From Perna viridis (taxonomy: Eukaryota), in the NCBI GenBank assembly GCA_037379345.1, contig CM074515.1:22320001-22384000 (forward strand): a DNA stretch of 64,000 bases, in the 5' to 3' direction. The position numbers and the translations under genes were made by a program. The notes below the pieces were generated by a model. It searched no databases. It was not told where the DNA came from and saw only the letters and a program-made list of their open reading frames with translations. Shown piece after piece: positions 15,701 through 30,015 of the stretch (its first letter is position 1; each line of letters begins with the position of its first letter).

Positions 15701-16301
15701 ATTAAAACCTGCTGCAGACTGACAGAAAACAGAAATTTCAGCAAACCTCCCACAAATGCTATCTAAATGGTGCAGAACATTTCTTAATAAATATACAAAT
15801 AGCTGTTTTAAGCCTGGAATCAAAGGGAAGGCAATCGAGGTAATCAGTGCTTAAATCTACAAATAAATTGTATTTTATTATAGTGATGATATGTGTTACA
15901 ATCATTGATATAATGTTTATAGAATAACAGGCTGCATCTGCTTCAAGTGGCTTCACAATGAAAAGGAAAGTTGGCATGTTAATAGAGTTAACCAGAAGAT
16001 AACAAGGCAGAAATTTATGGTCATATTTAACCAATTTGAATAGATTGAGCCACTTAAATTCCACATGTATTCATATTAATTGGATAAACACAGATAAGAG
16101 ACATCATAATCTTCAGCAGATTCTGAAACTTAACTCCAAGCAAAAGAGCTGTCCACAACAGAGAGATCATAATCCAAAAAATATTCTACAGTTCAATGGA
16201 AAGCTGCCTTTAATAGGTCTAGTTTTCAACCTATGTTTGGTCTGTCTTTTTCTAAATAAACATACTGGATGCTCTGGCAGCAAAACTAACACTTACCTTA
16301 A

Positions 16302-17141
16302 GGAGATAGACCTACGGTAAGGGACATAACTCTTAAAATCAGTGATATGTTTGTATCATATTCAATTTCACAAAAGCCATTAAAGCTTTCCTTTGAAACA
16401 GAATGAAATAAATCCAAGTTACTTTGATGCTTACATGAGGTTGGTCAGCACTCCAAAGTTTAGTTTAGTTTTGCGTTTTTGGCTAGGGATGAAAAATGAC
16501 ATTAATGGAAATTGATGGTTGCTATAGTGATTAAAACTGAAGAATCTATTGTTGATAACATATTTTCTGAAAAGGGGGACTTTTGAAAGTATTTTGCAAT
16601 GTTTCATATATTTTCAATGTTGAAGGGGCTTTTTTTCAATGTGAAAGTGAAAGTAAGTCAATTTTTTACCATGCTAATTTGATAAGTGGATTACAAAGTG
16701 AAATAGCTAAAAATCTAACCAGCGATGCCCATATGAGGAAGGGGTTTTCCAAGGAAAAAGTTTTGACAGTTTCAGGGCATGAAAAAAAATTTAAGATATT
16801 TTGTGGGCAATTTGGTATTTATAAACCTGATTTTATCAACTTCTTTGCAAATTTTCGCATATTTTTGCATGGTTTCTATGGTAACCCTATTTGTTGGGGG
16901 TAATTTTTTTCTAGAAAATTTTTACTGCATTCTGAAGGCCTTGGCTTGAGCCATTTCTAGATATATAGATTTACAGATGCTTGACAATTTTTTAAAGTGA
17001 TAAATAATACAAAGTATCAGATTACAAGACCAAAATTAGGCAATTCTACAATACTGTGGAGTGCTGGCTTGATGTTAATGGTTGAATACAAACATTCCAA
17101 TGATTTGTAAGAGTTGTGTCCCTTACCCAAGGTCTGCATCC
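16302..17141 (+). mobile_element. Family A MITE interrupted by a nested insertion
   Basis: Same termini and internal sequence (AACTCTT..AATCAGTGATATGTTTGTATCATATTCAATTTCAC) as the other copies, split at 16443/17069. Confidence 0.8.
16444..17068. mobile_element. 625-bp non-autonomous TIR element nested in the family A MITE
   Basis: TIRs GTCAGCACTCCAAAGT / GCCAGCACTCCACAGT. TTG is duplicated on both sides and present once in uninterrupted copies (ACATGAGATTGA). Confidence 0.75.
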
Positions 17142-18633
17142 TTGAAGCAGAATATTTCCAAAAACAATGGATTGGCTTACAATGGTTTGATAATGCTTCT
17201 TATTACATGTAAATGGGAAGCTACCAGTTAAGTTTAGTCACTGGGCACTGTTTTATATAAAATCTAAATTTGAAGTTTATCCCCATATTGATATTTAATA
17301 AAAAAAAATAGGCCTAACTCACAACAATATACATTATATAGTGAACTAATTAGGCACTAATGATAACTTTCTTCATCAACACAACACAAAGGCATCTTCT
17401 TTTAATGCACTCCACAGTACTCAGGCCTATGATACATTTCTCAATCAATTCAGATTAAAAAAAAATTAATAAGCTTAATAATTACTAACTAATAAACATT
17501 TTGTTCTCTATCTACAATTTTGTACATTGAAAGGATTTCTTCTGATAACAAGACTTTCTATAAAAATATCCAACATAAAGTTGTTTAATTCCTTCTCCTT
17601 TCAAACAATCCTTAATGACAATCCCATTTCATGCTGCTTTGACATAAAGCATTATTACTCAACAGAATTTATCTTTCTAAATTATTTAATGCTTTCAAAT
17701 TGTGAAGTTACATCTCAAATAATCGATCTGTTCAGCACAATAAGAAATAAAATAAATGTTTTAATGGCGGTGTTTCTGATCTCTGGCTCTGTTAGCTAGA
17801 AATCCTTGTTTCTCTCTAGAGATGTTAACTTCAACAAACAATTGATTTTAAGGTAATACATAATTTAGACTAAGTTTAATGTTCACATTAGCTGACAATT
17901 GTTCTACTGGTAAGCAGGAGAGGAGGTGAGGTTACCACTGATCTAAAGCTTGCTTATATCTTCATTCAATTAATAAGGTCACAAAGCAGTAGTTGGAGCC
18001 ACAGTATCTTCAGAGTCAGCTACATCTCCCATTAATACAGTGCATAAATGCACAATGGATAACATCGCTTCATTCAATTACAGGAAATTTCAGTTTATAC
18101 AACTTGTAAGCATCTGATTATATTGCATAAAACAAAAAAATAAGAGACTGTCAAAGAGACAGCAAACCATATTATCCTTCACCAATATGTCTGCCCTGTA
18201 AGTTGGTTGACCAATGTCAACTCCATAATTTTTATTTTGTCATCCCAAACATCATGTTAAAATTTGACAGCAATTGACTAAATACGGACAGGGTTCAAAG
18301 TCCACATTTCTGCCACCAAAATTGCTGCCACTTAGAAAAGAAAAAAAAACATGTAATGCATACTTGTGATAATTGAACTTGACTCTTATGTTGTCATCCC
18401 AGACATCATATTAAAATTGATGAAATGGCACAAAATTGGAACAAAAATCTTAACCTAATAAGATAAACATGGTTATAATAGAGTGATAACATTTGTAAAG
18501 AAATAAAGCTTCATTAGAAATCTAAACCTGAGGGGGAGGGGATGATTGAAGAAGGGAAGGATAAAGAGGTGGAGGCAGACAGAAAAAAATACTTTGTTAG
18601 CAGAATGTAAAAGAACATGGTATCAAAAAAGTA

Positions 18634-18771
18634 ACCCCTACTAATGGGGGTTGGTCATGCTTGTCATAGCTGATGGGTTGGGTTAGTTAAGATTACAAAA
18701 GGATCTAGTATACTGACCCCTTAAGACTTGCCATCATAATTCCCCATCCAATTTCCCCCATTAGTAGGGGT
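18634..18771. mobile_element. Small fold-back element / MITE (piggyBac-like CCCC termini)
   Basis: Perfect 17-bp inverted repeat ACCCCTACTAATGGGGG / CCCCCATTAGTAGGGGT; degenerate TTAA-like flanks. Confidence 0.55.
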
Positions 18772-20289
18772 AAGTTTAACATATTTTTAACTCATAATTA
18801 TTATGAAGCAGACCCCTTCAACATCTATATCAAGATCTTCAATTTCAAACTCATTAACAGATAATAACCCTGCATAGAGAAAAACACACATTGCACAAAA
18901 AATGATCTTTGTCTAATCCTGTACTACAAGTTAAAGATCAAATACTGTTCACATGTGTTACATAACCAAAAAACTTTGATGATGGAGTATATATAAAATT
19001 AAGACATGCATGAACGTACTCAAATAGGCATAAAATTGAATTCCTTAGCAAATTTAGTAACTGTATACATAATTTAGGATCTAAATACATAAATCCTTAT
19101 ATACTGAAAACTAAAATCCCCTTGTTGACAGTATTCTCCGATAATGGTTTGTCAATTTTTTATTTCTGCCCTTTAATATTATTCAATGTACATGGTATTC
19201 TATGGCTATAACAATTGTTATATTGATTCTGAATAATAACAAATTTAATAATCCTTCTTACAAGCGATGCATGTAAAGATCAGAGACGAAGGTCACAGAA
19301 TGGCTGTATGACATGTTTGAAATGTGACACTTTCCAATAAGTTTGATCGCAGGTGGTGAAAACAGCTAACTCTTTCTGTGTATTGCCTTACAAAACAATT
19401 TTGTGGGTTATGGGAAATGAAACTATGAAGGAAAGAACTAGTAATCAAACCTTTGTCACAATAATTTAAGTCTCTTGTGAGTCACTTTTGTAAACTGCAG
19501 TCCTTAAAATGAGATCTAGAGACTCAAATTTAACTGTTTTACATTGAAAGGGATGAAGAAAAATAAAGTTGCAAATGTTGCTACATACTTGTATAGCATA
19601 CTATTTAATGAACTTCACTTACAATGTCATGTTGGTAAACCCCATCTTGTATAGCGCATACCTATTAATGGAACTCACTCACTATGACATTTTAGATATG
19701 CCCCTACTTGTATAGCATACCTTTTCATTTTACTCACTTACAACACATGCCCCATCTATACAAAGCCAAATATCAAAATAAAAATCTTATCCAACCATTG
19801 GCAGTTGAGATAATAGCGACTGAATTTGGAAGGATGGATGGATAGATGGACAAAATAATTTTAATTTTATATACCATCCACTATTTGAGTGGGGGTATAA
19901 AAAGTTAAGTGTTTAGTTTTCAATAATACTAATACAATGTACAAGTAGCCTTAATCAAATCCAGTAAATAATCATGTTAGATACAGACTAACATTATCAA
20001 CTCTAAAAGTAATCATCTCAAAATTGGAAATAAGTGGACTTCCTTAATGTTTCACAAAAAATTAGGTTGGTGCACAGTGGCAATGTAATTTCAAAGGTGT
20101 TTTGACTAAACCATAAATAACATAAAAAAGTAGTACTCATATTATGCATTGAACATTATATGTAATTAATTTCCCACCATAGAAGGCATGCAATCAGTTC
20201 ACAAAAAGTTATAAATCAAATTGAAAGAAAATATAACAAGAATAAGTATGAAATCATTTTATAATCTGGCTTTGACAGATTTCTTGAAT

Positions 20290-20860
20290 ATCTTGCTTCC
20301 TACTTACTTCCGGGTAATAAGGTTAGCTGTTTATTTCTTGTAAAGGCTTCTGCCTATTTCCTGTTTCTAAGGCTTGTTGTATATTTTCTGTTGACAAGAC
20401 TTGCCGCATTTTTACTTTTTATTAAGCTTGTTGCTTATTTCCTGTTTATTTGACTTGCTGCAGTTTTCCTTTTTTAAGGTTGAAGCTTATATTCTGTTAA
20501 TAAGGCATGCTGCATTTACCTATCCATATAACTCCTTTTTCCTGTTTATTGGGCTTGCTGCTTATTTTCTGTTACAAAGGCATGCTTCATTTTTCCATAC
20601 TTAGTACATATTTTCAGTTTATCAGGCTTGCTGCATATTTCTCAATTATAAGGCTTGCCATCCTTTTTTCCTGTTCGAAAGACTTGCTGCTTATTTCATA
20701 TTCATAAAGTTTACAACATATTTCCATCAGACTTGATCCTTATTTTCTGTTTATAAGGCATGCTGCATTCTCCTATCTATCAAGTTTGCTACATATGTAC
20801 TGTTTATCTTCTGTTTATAGGGTTTGCTGCTTATTTCCTATCTATAGAGCTTCCTGCTTG
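20290..20860. repeat. Degenerate ~27-30-bp minisatellite (AAGGCTTGCTGCTTATTTCCTGTTTAT-like); short satellite copy at 21675-21785
   Basis: Roughly 20 recognisable diverged units by eye. Confidence 0.8.
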
Positions 20861-23800
20861 TTAACCTGTAGTAACTGCTGCTTTGAAAAGATTTTAGTCT
20901 ATCTATTGTGCTGCTGCACAAACTATTTGGCATTCAAGTAAGGGGCATTTCATGCTTTATAAAGTGTTTTGTTCATTAAATACAATACTAAGACAGGTTT
21001 CTAGTTTGTAATTCTCCTGCTTTGATAGACTGTTCTCCTTTTAATTCAGCATTTTATTAAGTGAGGTTTCCTGTTCATTTAGTGTGCCTTCTTCACAGGT
21101 TTCCTGATAGTTTAGGATGCTTTGTTGATAAGTTCACCCTTTATTAAGCATTTGTTTATAGAGGTTCCCTGACTAGAACCCTATAAAACTGGAGTACTGT
21201 CTTGAAAGATTTCTTTTTTCAATTGTTCTGCTTCTATAAGAAGTATGTTTCATTGTTACAAAAGGATTTTGTAATCTTCAATGATATTGAAAAAATAATA
21301 TATAAACTATAAGGTTTCAACTAAAACAAAAAAGATGTAAATCTAGCACTGTTTGTCATCAAACCTATCATCACAGGAAGTTGTCACAGATATAGTGTGT
21401 TGATAGTTTGTGTAACAGATGCTTAAGACTGACACATATAGTAAAGACAATCTGAATCAGATGATATCAGGTCATATTACCATACTGAAAGATCGAGAAC
21501 AACAGTAGCTCACTGTTGAAGTAACAGGACACCAGGATCAAATGTTACTTTCTATAGAGCACACTAATCTTGATAAGAGTCAGGCAGCACAATGTTGTAG
21601 TGTTTCTAGATTGAATAGTACATTGTACATATGATTTTCCTTAGCTATCATTTAATCAAAAAGTCAGAACTATAAAACTTGCTGCCTATTTCCTGTTTAT
21701 CAGACTTGCTGCTAATTTTCTGTTATAAAGGCATGCTGCATTTTTCCTATCCATATTTGGTACATATCTCCTGTTTATCAAGCTAGCTGAACCATAAACT
21801 TCTAAATCAATGTCAATCTTTGGAGATAGAACAACTATGATAAATAAACTAATTAAGTAGTTAGTTATGCAAAATGTATCTGACTATATGCTTACTATAA
21901 AAAAATAACAACATAGGAAAATACAATGTAGTCAATTTACATTTACAGATGTAAATAAACTAAATCAGAACATTTAAGTCAATGCTGAAATAAATGTACC
22001 TCTTCTCTTTAATGTTACATGACTCTTGACCAGAATGATTTCCAGAAAGAATACACCCACTTCCATCAAATCACGCAAAAAAATTACAACTCTGAACTTG
22101 AAATTCAGTTGGCAGTTTATTGATGACAAAGATGGTGTTAGAAAATACATAAAGATAGGAATGAAAGAATAGTAAGACAGTTCCAGAAAGTCAATGAAGA
22201 AATTTGAAAAAATCATGTAACCTGATACTGAAAGAAAATCAGATGCCAACCAATTCTCTGACAATCTTGATTCTTAGTTACCAGCGTACCATGACTACCA
22301 AGCTCAACCAAAGAAGCTTACAATTTAACTTCACAAATATAAAATACCAATGCCATAATACTGGTATTTCAGGGGTCCAAACACAGAATGTTTTTATGTA
22401 TTTCTGAACAGTAAGTAATGCAGTAAGCATCAATGATATTCACCTATCAAGTGACAGATTAAGGTCTGACAAATAGTGATCTCTAGACCTTTTCTTATTC
22501 AACCTGTACAATCTGATGGTAATCAAGGCAGAAGATTTACAAATTATGGGGTTAAATGTCAAATTATTGCTTCCATAAGCCCTTTATAAATGTCTCAAAC
22601 AATGTGATGATTTAAAGCCTTGTTTACTATGCTCTATCAGTTCTTCAAGGGGCATTGTTCATTTCTTGGAGAGGAGTTAAGGAACGGATAGCGATATCAA
22701 GCATATGAAAACATCACTGATAAAAAATGTTAATTGTTGTAAAAGTGCACTGCCAACAAATTTTTTTCAGATTCCAAAATAATTCAACTCAACAATTTAT
22801 TAATCCTCTCCATCATTTAAGAATTCCGTAATTCCATTCCATATTACATGATAGCCCATGAGAGTGGTCTTTTCTTTACCTCGGTAACAGATTATAACAC
22901 TGTGTCTACCCAGTCTTTCTAAAATATGTTGATAGATATGTTCATAAGGGTACAAGACTGTTTACAATTGGACTATGAACAGATCTTCATATAAACAACA
23001 CTTGATTTAAGTATAATGTGTTAGTGCACCTGCTTTTAAATCATTACATACCTGTACATGTAGCATTACTGATTGACTTGCACCAAAGAATAATTTGTAA
23101 CAAGGTTAATTTTATCTTTAATTTCTACAATGGTAGGTAAAATATCTCACTAGTGAAATCAGTATAAAGTCCATTTTACAGTGTCAGGTAAAAACAACAT
23201 TGTTATTGCTGTAGCCACATGTCCACAGTCACTTAAGAAGATGTAGTGCAAAAGTAGAATAAGTTCAGAATAACTTGAAACAAAATGGTGGCACAATATA
23301 ATCAGCTAAATATAGTCACTAATAATCCTACAAAATTTGAACAAAATATTTGCAGGGATATAAAAATGTCCCTACTGAATGTTCCTTAGCTTCTCATTAT
23401 CCTTCTTGAGACACACTATCTCTCCTTCTACAATTAACCACCTAAACTCATTATAAATTCATGTACCAGTGGCCTCTTTTGACCATCATAAACACCATAT
23501 AACTTCAAATACATCCTTTTTTCTTAAGACCTCTTGATCCACTAAAGACCCTCAATGAAAACCTCCTTGAAAGCCTCCCAAGTCTATTTATCATGTAGAG
23601 AACTTAATTACATGTGTTTTTACTTCATTTATCAGGTGAATAAGGATTAAGTCAATCTCTTTAGACAGAGCCATAACAAAGATCCCAGCATTAGATCTTT
23701 GACAGATCTATGGTGTATGATGAAAGGAAGAGAACTTAGCCTTTTTATTGTGAGTTACAGACCCCACTTAATCACTATAGTCACTCAGTTATCTTGATCC

Positions 23801-24827
23801 ATTTACATAGAGGAAAGTTCTCTGGGATTTGTTACCTGTCCAGACCCATACATCAGTAATAGAAAGTGTTTACTAGGGGGATTTACATGGAAAAATATTA
23901 GGTTTTATATCTTTAATTTGCCAGGTTGTACAAAGAATTTAAAGGTACTAGAAACAATTTTGAAAAGGAATTTAATCAATGTATTGGGAAGTTGTTTTTA
24001 TTTGGGTTGCAAAGGTAAAAATAAGTAAAGACTGAGGTAAATGTAATATGAAGACAATGATTATCTATTTTAATTGACTAGCCAAATTAAACCAGGCCAT
24101 GAGAGAAAACCCTGAACCTTTAACCTCTTACACTTAAGGTTGAACTCCTTGAATGTAAAGTGACATATGAGTAAAACATAGATGACATATGTATCTTCCT
24201 TAAACTTCATAGTAAAGAATATTTAAAACATTTCAATCAGCCAGGTAATGCAGTAAATTTAAGGTTTAGAAAATTGAAGCTTTTTAAAAAGGATTTATGA
24301 GGAACAGCTTTCTAAGCTGTCAATAAGTTTCATTTTCTAGGTTGTGTAAGATCTTTATTCAAACTTGACTTAATTGATTTTTTCTAAACATTTACTGACA
24401 AATGAATATAACATTTTATGTAATATACCATTATGTAAAAATAGAAGGTAATCGGTCACCACTAACAGGTAAGGTTTCAATAGTTATTTGTTTGTGGTGC
24501 ATTGGTACATGTCAATTTTATTTAATCAGTTTTAACGATGAAAATTTCTGAGATCACATTCAAATGTTTAATGGGTTAGCCACACCACTTCATTCAAATT
24601 CTCTAGCTGTGAATGATTTCTTGAATAGTATTTGTACTTTTTATTTTGTATCAATTAATTCCACTTAAAAAGGAATTTATAAGATAAATTTGAATATTGC
24701 ACAATTGGGATTTTAAGACCAAAATAACACACCCAATTTTCATGACCACATTGACCTAAAATGAATAAAAGCAATATTTTAGTTTGGAGTACAAGTAGGA
24801 AGATGGATTTTTTTTATCCTATCAGTT

Positions 24828-25045
24828 AGGCCAAAAATTAATATGTCTGTTTTCTGTTACCCTACCTACCCTATTTTTTGTGCCTTCCCTAAACATTTTA
24901 CGGTCATTATTAGCTGAAGCACCATTAAATATAGATTGTATTCCCATTAACTCAATGTAAAATGTTTTAGAAAAATAAAATAATTTTCGTACCTACCCAA
25001 TTTTTCTTGCTGGAGGCAGGAAACAAGACTATTATTTTTTTCCCT
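24828..25045. mobile_element. MITE with AGG.AAAAA...TGTTTCCTG ends; fragments also near 57167-57210 and 61127-61161
   Basis: Imperfect inverted ends and CCTACC subterminal motifs shared between loci. Confidence 0.45.
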
Positions 25046-25587
25046 AAAAAGTATACTAACAACACTGATCCAATTTTTAGATTAATTTCACTAAGATAGA
25101 GAGGTTAGTATACTCAATAATCAGATCAACAATACAGCTGAAGGTATGCTAGGGTTACTAAAACAATGGTTAATTTCTCATGAAAGTGAAAAGAAACTAA
25201 TAAAGAGAGAACCTGGAGTAATGTTACATTAATATTAACTGAATGTAAAACTCATGTTATTTTGTCATTTATTGTGGAAAAGGAGTCAGGAGAAAAAAAC
25301 ACATGATAACTAGATCTTTCTAGGCACACATTATTTTACAACAAAATGAAGATACTTATCAATCCTTGCTCTCAAAAACTTCAAAAGCCATATTGAATAC
25401 TTTCATTCAAACAAACTAACTTTAATGATAAGGAAAGAACATGAAATAAGTCAAATGAAAATACACAATCAGAATACATACTGTTATCATCTACTAAAAT
25501 GTACCAACACAATAAACAAAATTAATCAAGTACTTACTGTAACAGGAAAACTTCAAATATGACAAAGTCAGAAATCATATTACTTAC

Positions 25588-25696
25588 CAGGAAATGGAAA
25601 AAGGGTCGGAGGGGGCAATGCCCCTGAATACTGTGACATCAAATATGCCTCCATCCTATCCATCAGATGTGGGTAAGCTCCTTTATTAAGCGACAT
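25588..25696 (-). CDS. GSE1: GSE1 alternative first coding exon (short isoform): MSLNKGAYPHLMDRMEAYLMSQYSGALPPPTLFPFP-G
   Basis: ATG at 25696, 36 open codons plus 1 nt, consensus donor CTG|GTAAGT at 25587. Phase 1 joins exon 667-876 in frame. No good upstream acceptor; CpG-richer patch upstream. Confidence 0.7.
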
Positions 25697-25899
25697 TTTC
25701 TCTCTGTATTGATCCTAGTGTTATATTAATGAGATAATCACTTTTCCCCTGTTTAACAGACAACTGACTTGTTTCACTGTATCATGATGGATCAATGGTA
25801 ACTCCACCACAATATTAATATCCAGTCATCTTTATCAAACCATTCAATTGCCTTCTTTAGCTTGCCACAAATTCCACTTCTCCTTCCTCAACCCCTCTC

Positions 25900-26400
25900 C
25901 TTGCCACAAGACAAGAACGAAATCTTCAATTTACACCCAAACACCAGAACAGCTCGTTGGGATTATAAAACGGTTAGCAATTGACAATAAGTCTTCTACC
26001 ATCAATTTCATTGATTACTTGAGCACTACCGTATGCTGTATGAAACACATTCCGCAGTGCGATATCATATCATCTGTTATTCTTTTCTAATTGATGTAAA
26101 CGCTAGTAATCATATTAACGGACTAGTGAGCTTCATGATAGCTTGCAACAAAGCGGGAGCACTCAAGCTTTAAAAGGTGCAATAGTGTTGATAAACTTCA
26201 TGTATGAAAACTTATGCATTACCTTAAAGCTATTACATTATCAATATAACTCGTCACTGCATTATCTATAATAGTGGTGACCTCTTTTGACCCTGATGTC
26301 ACGTCACGGTATATCGTCAAACCTACCCTGTATTTAAATCACACATTGAACTCATCCTAAAAAAAACTTATCAAGGCCGAGAAAATTAGATTTAAATAGG
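25900..26400 (-). promoter_or_regulatory. Probable internal promoter for the short GSE1 isoform
   Basis: CpG-retaining patch within an otherwise CpG-poor intron, directly upstream of exon 25588-25696. Tandem CRE/ATF-like GTGACGTGACATCA at about 26294-26307 (minus strand). Confidence 0.4.
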
Positions 26401-29400
26401 AGTAAATTCAACATTACAACACAATCCATCAGCAAAATTTGATCAAAGCAAAAAATACCAAAAAAAAATGATGAAAGGCAATTACATTACACAACCAATG
26501 CTACCCTATAATTTGATATGGAAAAAATATAATTCATAAAAGAGAATATTAAACTGCACAATGATCTGTTCAAATGATTGTTGTACATAAAAGAAATTCT
26601 GAGGTTGACTTTTTATCATGACTTTTCAAATGAGTTTAAAATCTGCAATAGAAGTTTGTTAATGATAGAATAGCTGTCACCTTCCAATTCAATAGTTCTT
26701 CAACAGCCTGCTATCATTATAAAATGCATATGGTCACAAGAAAAATTTGATACTAATTAGGCCAGAGTGTCCTTTGCACAAGTATTTCATTTAAGATTCA
26801 ACTGAAGAAAGAAATTTGTCTACATGATATCTTTTTACAGCAATTTTTTGGGGAGGGACAGATATCATTATATAACAAATAATAACCTAAGGGCTTTGAA
26901 AAGTTAAAACATCAACACAAATTTTTACATTTACCCTATGATTTTTGTTATTACATGACAACTTTTAGTCAGAAATTTCTCCATAAGTTGATTCAATTTA
27001 TCTTTGGTAAAACCTTATCATTGAAGGAGAAACTTGTGTTAATTCAAATCAGTTACAGTTTAAACTCGCTCTTTAGACATTTCTCTTTTTTAAACATATA
27101 TATTTTACTTGTCGCCCTTTACTAATCTAAAGATTTTTATTTATCATATCTAAGTGATTATTTCAATATTTATATTGTATACATTTTGTACATTAATTTG
27201 ATTTGTTGTGTAAGCATTTAATTGAAGCCTTTATTTTGTCCAACTTTCTTGATGAAAGGGAGAAAACAATCCTTATATGTTACGAAACCTTTTTTTATTG
27301 CATTTCAAAAACTAAGGTGCATGTATTACTTAACTTCTGACTTATGAAGTGATAAATGACTTAGCACTCCAAATCACTATCTCAATCAAATAAAAAAATC
27401 CACTGAATTAGTCATATCTCTATGCATAACAAATAAACACAAATAAAGACTTGTTCACCTAAACAGCCACATCCACGGAGTTTTTCACCTAAATTCATTT
27501 GACAGCCACATCTATCTACTTGTTCACCTAAAATGCCATGTCAGTTGAGTAGTTCACCTTAACAGGCAGAAACCTATCCAAGTTAAATTGTCTCCCATTT
27601 CACTATGATTTTCATCTGTCGGGAGAGAAAATGGCTGCAATAGGCCGTTGCTGGTTCTGATACGGAAAATGATCGAGTATGAACAACATTCGTGTGTTGA
27701 TAAAATCTGACTTGTAAAAATTGCTCTCTACTTGTATGGTGAACAGGAAACAACAAACGTAGATCGTGCCAGACAGATTTATAAAACGAGGATTTCTTTA
27801 GATGGATGTTTTGAAAATTCTTAATCTGGTAGTAAACTGTGGTGTCCTGATAATATTTTGTGGTTTAAAATTATATTTCTCTATGTCACACATAGAAGTG
27901 ATCCAGTTAAACCTACAGTTTGACCTAAAGACACAGCACATGTACATTATTAAATATACATGTGAATGTAAACAAAAAGGGTCAAAGGTGGTAATGCAGA
28001 ACTGTTGTACTGTCTTACAGCTTCATTCCTGATAACAACTGTCATATGACAATCATACCTTAAAATCTAATTTCAAGATTAGAATAGAATATAATAGCCA
28101 ATGAAGGATTCTCACAAGATGACAAGTTACCAATTTGGAATAGGTTCTATGCAAATTTTATGCTAAGACGTTATATGTTATGTTCCGAGCATATGAAGTC
28201 AGGGTTTGAGGGAGCAAAGGTGAATTCAAAACTCTGATGTGAGAGGGTGAGCATATGACACCCAGAAAGCTAGTTAAAATCCGTCACAAGTTTTTGTTAG
28301 GTCCCATTATTAGGTGAGGAGGGGTCAGATCTACCTCTATGGTCATTTCAAACTGCAACCTGGGAAGCTTTACATCCCTTGTTGAATTAGAATTGGTTAC
28401 AATCAGGTTGCAATTTACTTGCAGATACGATAGGTGTGATTTGTTACACAAAGTAGACCTGCTTTATTAAGTCAATAACAACAAAAAGGATGAAACTTAA
28501 TGGGATTTTGAGTGTGGGTATTATAGTATTTATACATGTACATAGATTCAATACTTTTGATGAGAAAGAGGTGCGAGATGCATGCTTTCAGCTATATGGA
28601 AAGATTCAGGTCTACACCAGATTAGGCTGATCTTGATAAAATTTCATAACAGCGTAAAGGAAGGTTTGTATTGATTCTAGGTTTTGGAGGAACTTTGCAT
28701 AGTCCTCTGAACAACCAAAATTATGTCACGACGGGACGATATCTTGGCACCGTATCTTGTACACTGTATGCGCATGTGTAGTGTAAATGCCTTTTCTACT
28801 GAAAAAAATTCTGGCATAGGTTTAAATTTAATAAACCATAGAATTAGGGACAGTGTGATTGTAACACTAACAAAAGAAATTCAGGACTGAAAACTTGAGA
28901 AAGGAATCAAGAGTACAATGTACAGCAGAAATCAAAAGACAAAACGAATGGAATAAATTAAACAAAAAACAAAAAAATGACTTGGATACAAAACCTAATC
29001 CTAAACTCACAGATTAAATGTTGTTTAACTGACAAATCAACAGATTCCAACAGAATCACAACAAAACAGATTTTTATGTCATTAACATATTTTGACTGAG
29101 AGAAAAAATCTGCAAATGGAAACATCTTAAATAAAAACCATGCTTAACACTACCACGGACACCTCAAAAGCAAGAATTAATCAAATTTGTGAAGATTTTC
29201 ATGAATAAAACTCCTAGAAAATAGAGTGAAAAGTGTACTCAAATAATATTGGAGTAATATCGCTCATAGATGTACATTTGTAGTAAATCACTTTCGGTCT
29301 TTAACCACTTTGCCAATATACAAGTACATGTAACCTTGAACTTAATTGTTGACAAGCTTATTTGCCTGATTATACAGGTAAACTTAGGTAAAAAAAATTA

Positions 29401-29739
29401 CAAATTTGGCATGTTGGTAGATACACATTTGACAGACTTGTGATTTTTTTCCTCATATTTTTGTGATCAAACACAAAGTGTAATCCATTTTTTATTAAAC
29501 GTACCCCCACTCACAATCATTTCCATTAAAGATCAAGGCTTGACCTTACTGTTATTTTTACAGTTTTTGTTGATAACTTAATGTTTACCAATAATATTCC
29601 TAATCTAAATCAAAAATAATAACTTTTTTGTAACTTTTAGGGTCATTAGCAACGGCAATAAACAACAGGGTTCACTTTTTCGCCTTAACTAAACAAGAGT
29701 GTGATTTCTATTGTTCTCATCGCAGTAGATTTCTGCCTG

Positions 29740-30015
29740 TTAATTTAACCAACCACCACAGCTATCAAGTGGTTCACTTAAATTTAACAAACAGCCATAT
29801 ATATCAGTGGTTCACCTCAATTTAAACAACAGCCACATCTATCAAGTCATTCACCTAACTTTCGTCAGTTCAACTAAATTTAACCAAACTCACATCTATC
29901 ATGGGGTTAACTTAATTCAACCAATGGCCACATCTTTCCATCAGTTCACATTAATTTAACCAACAGCCACTTTTATCATGGGGTTCACCTAATTAAGCCA
30001 ACAGCCACATCTATT
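29740..30015. repeat. Degenerate ~37-bp tandem array (GTTCACCTAAATTTAACCAACAGCCACATCTATCA-like); sister array at 27450-27580
   Basis: Repeated TTCACCT..., ACAGCCACAT and CTATCA motifs at regular spacing. Confidence 0.75.

Noticed and set aside
20290-20860. CRISPR-like array
   Set aside because: Contiguous degenerate units with no unique spacers, in a eukaryotic intron.
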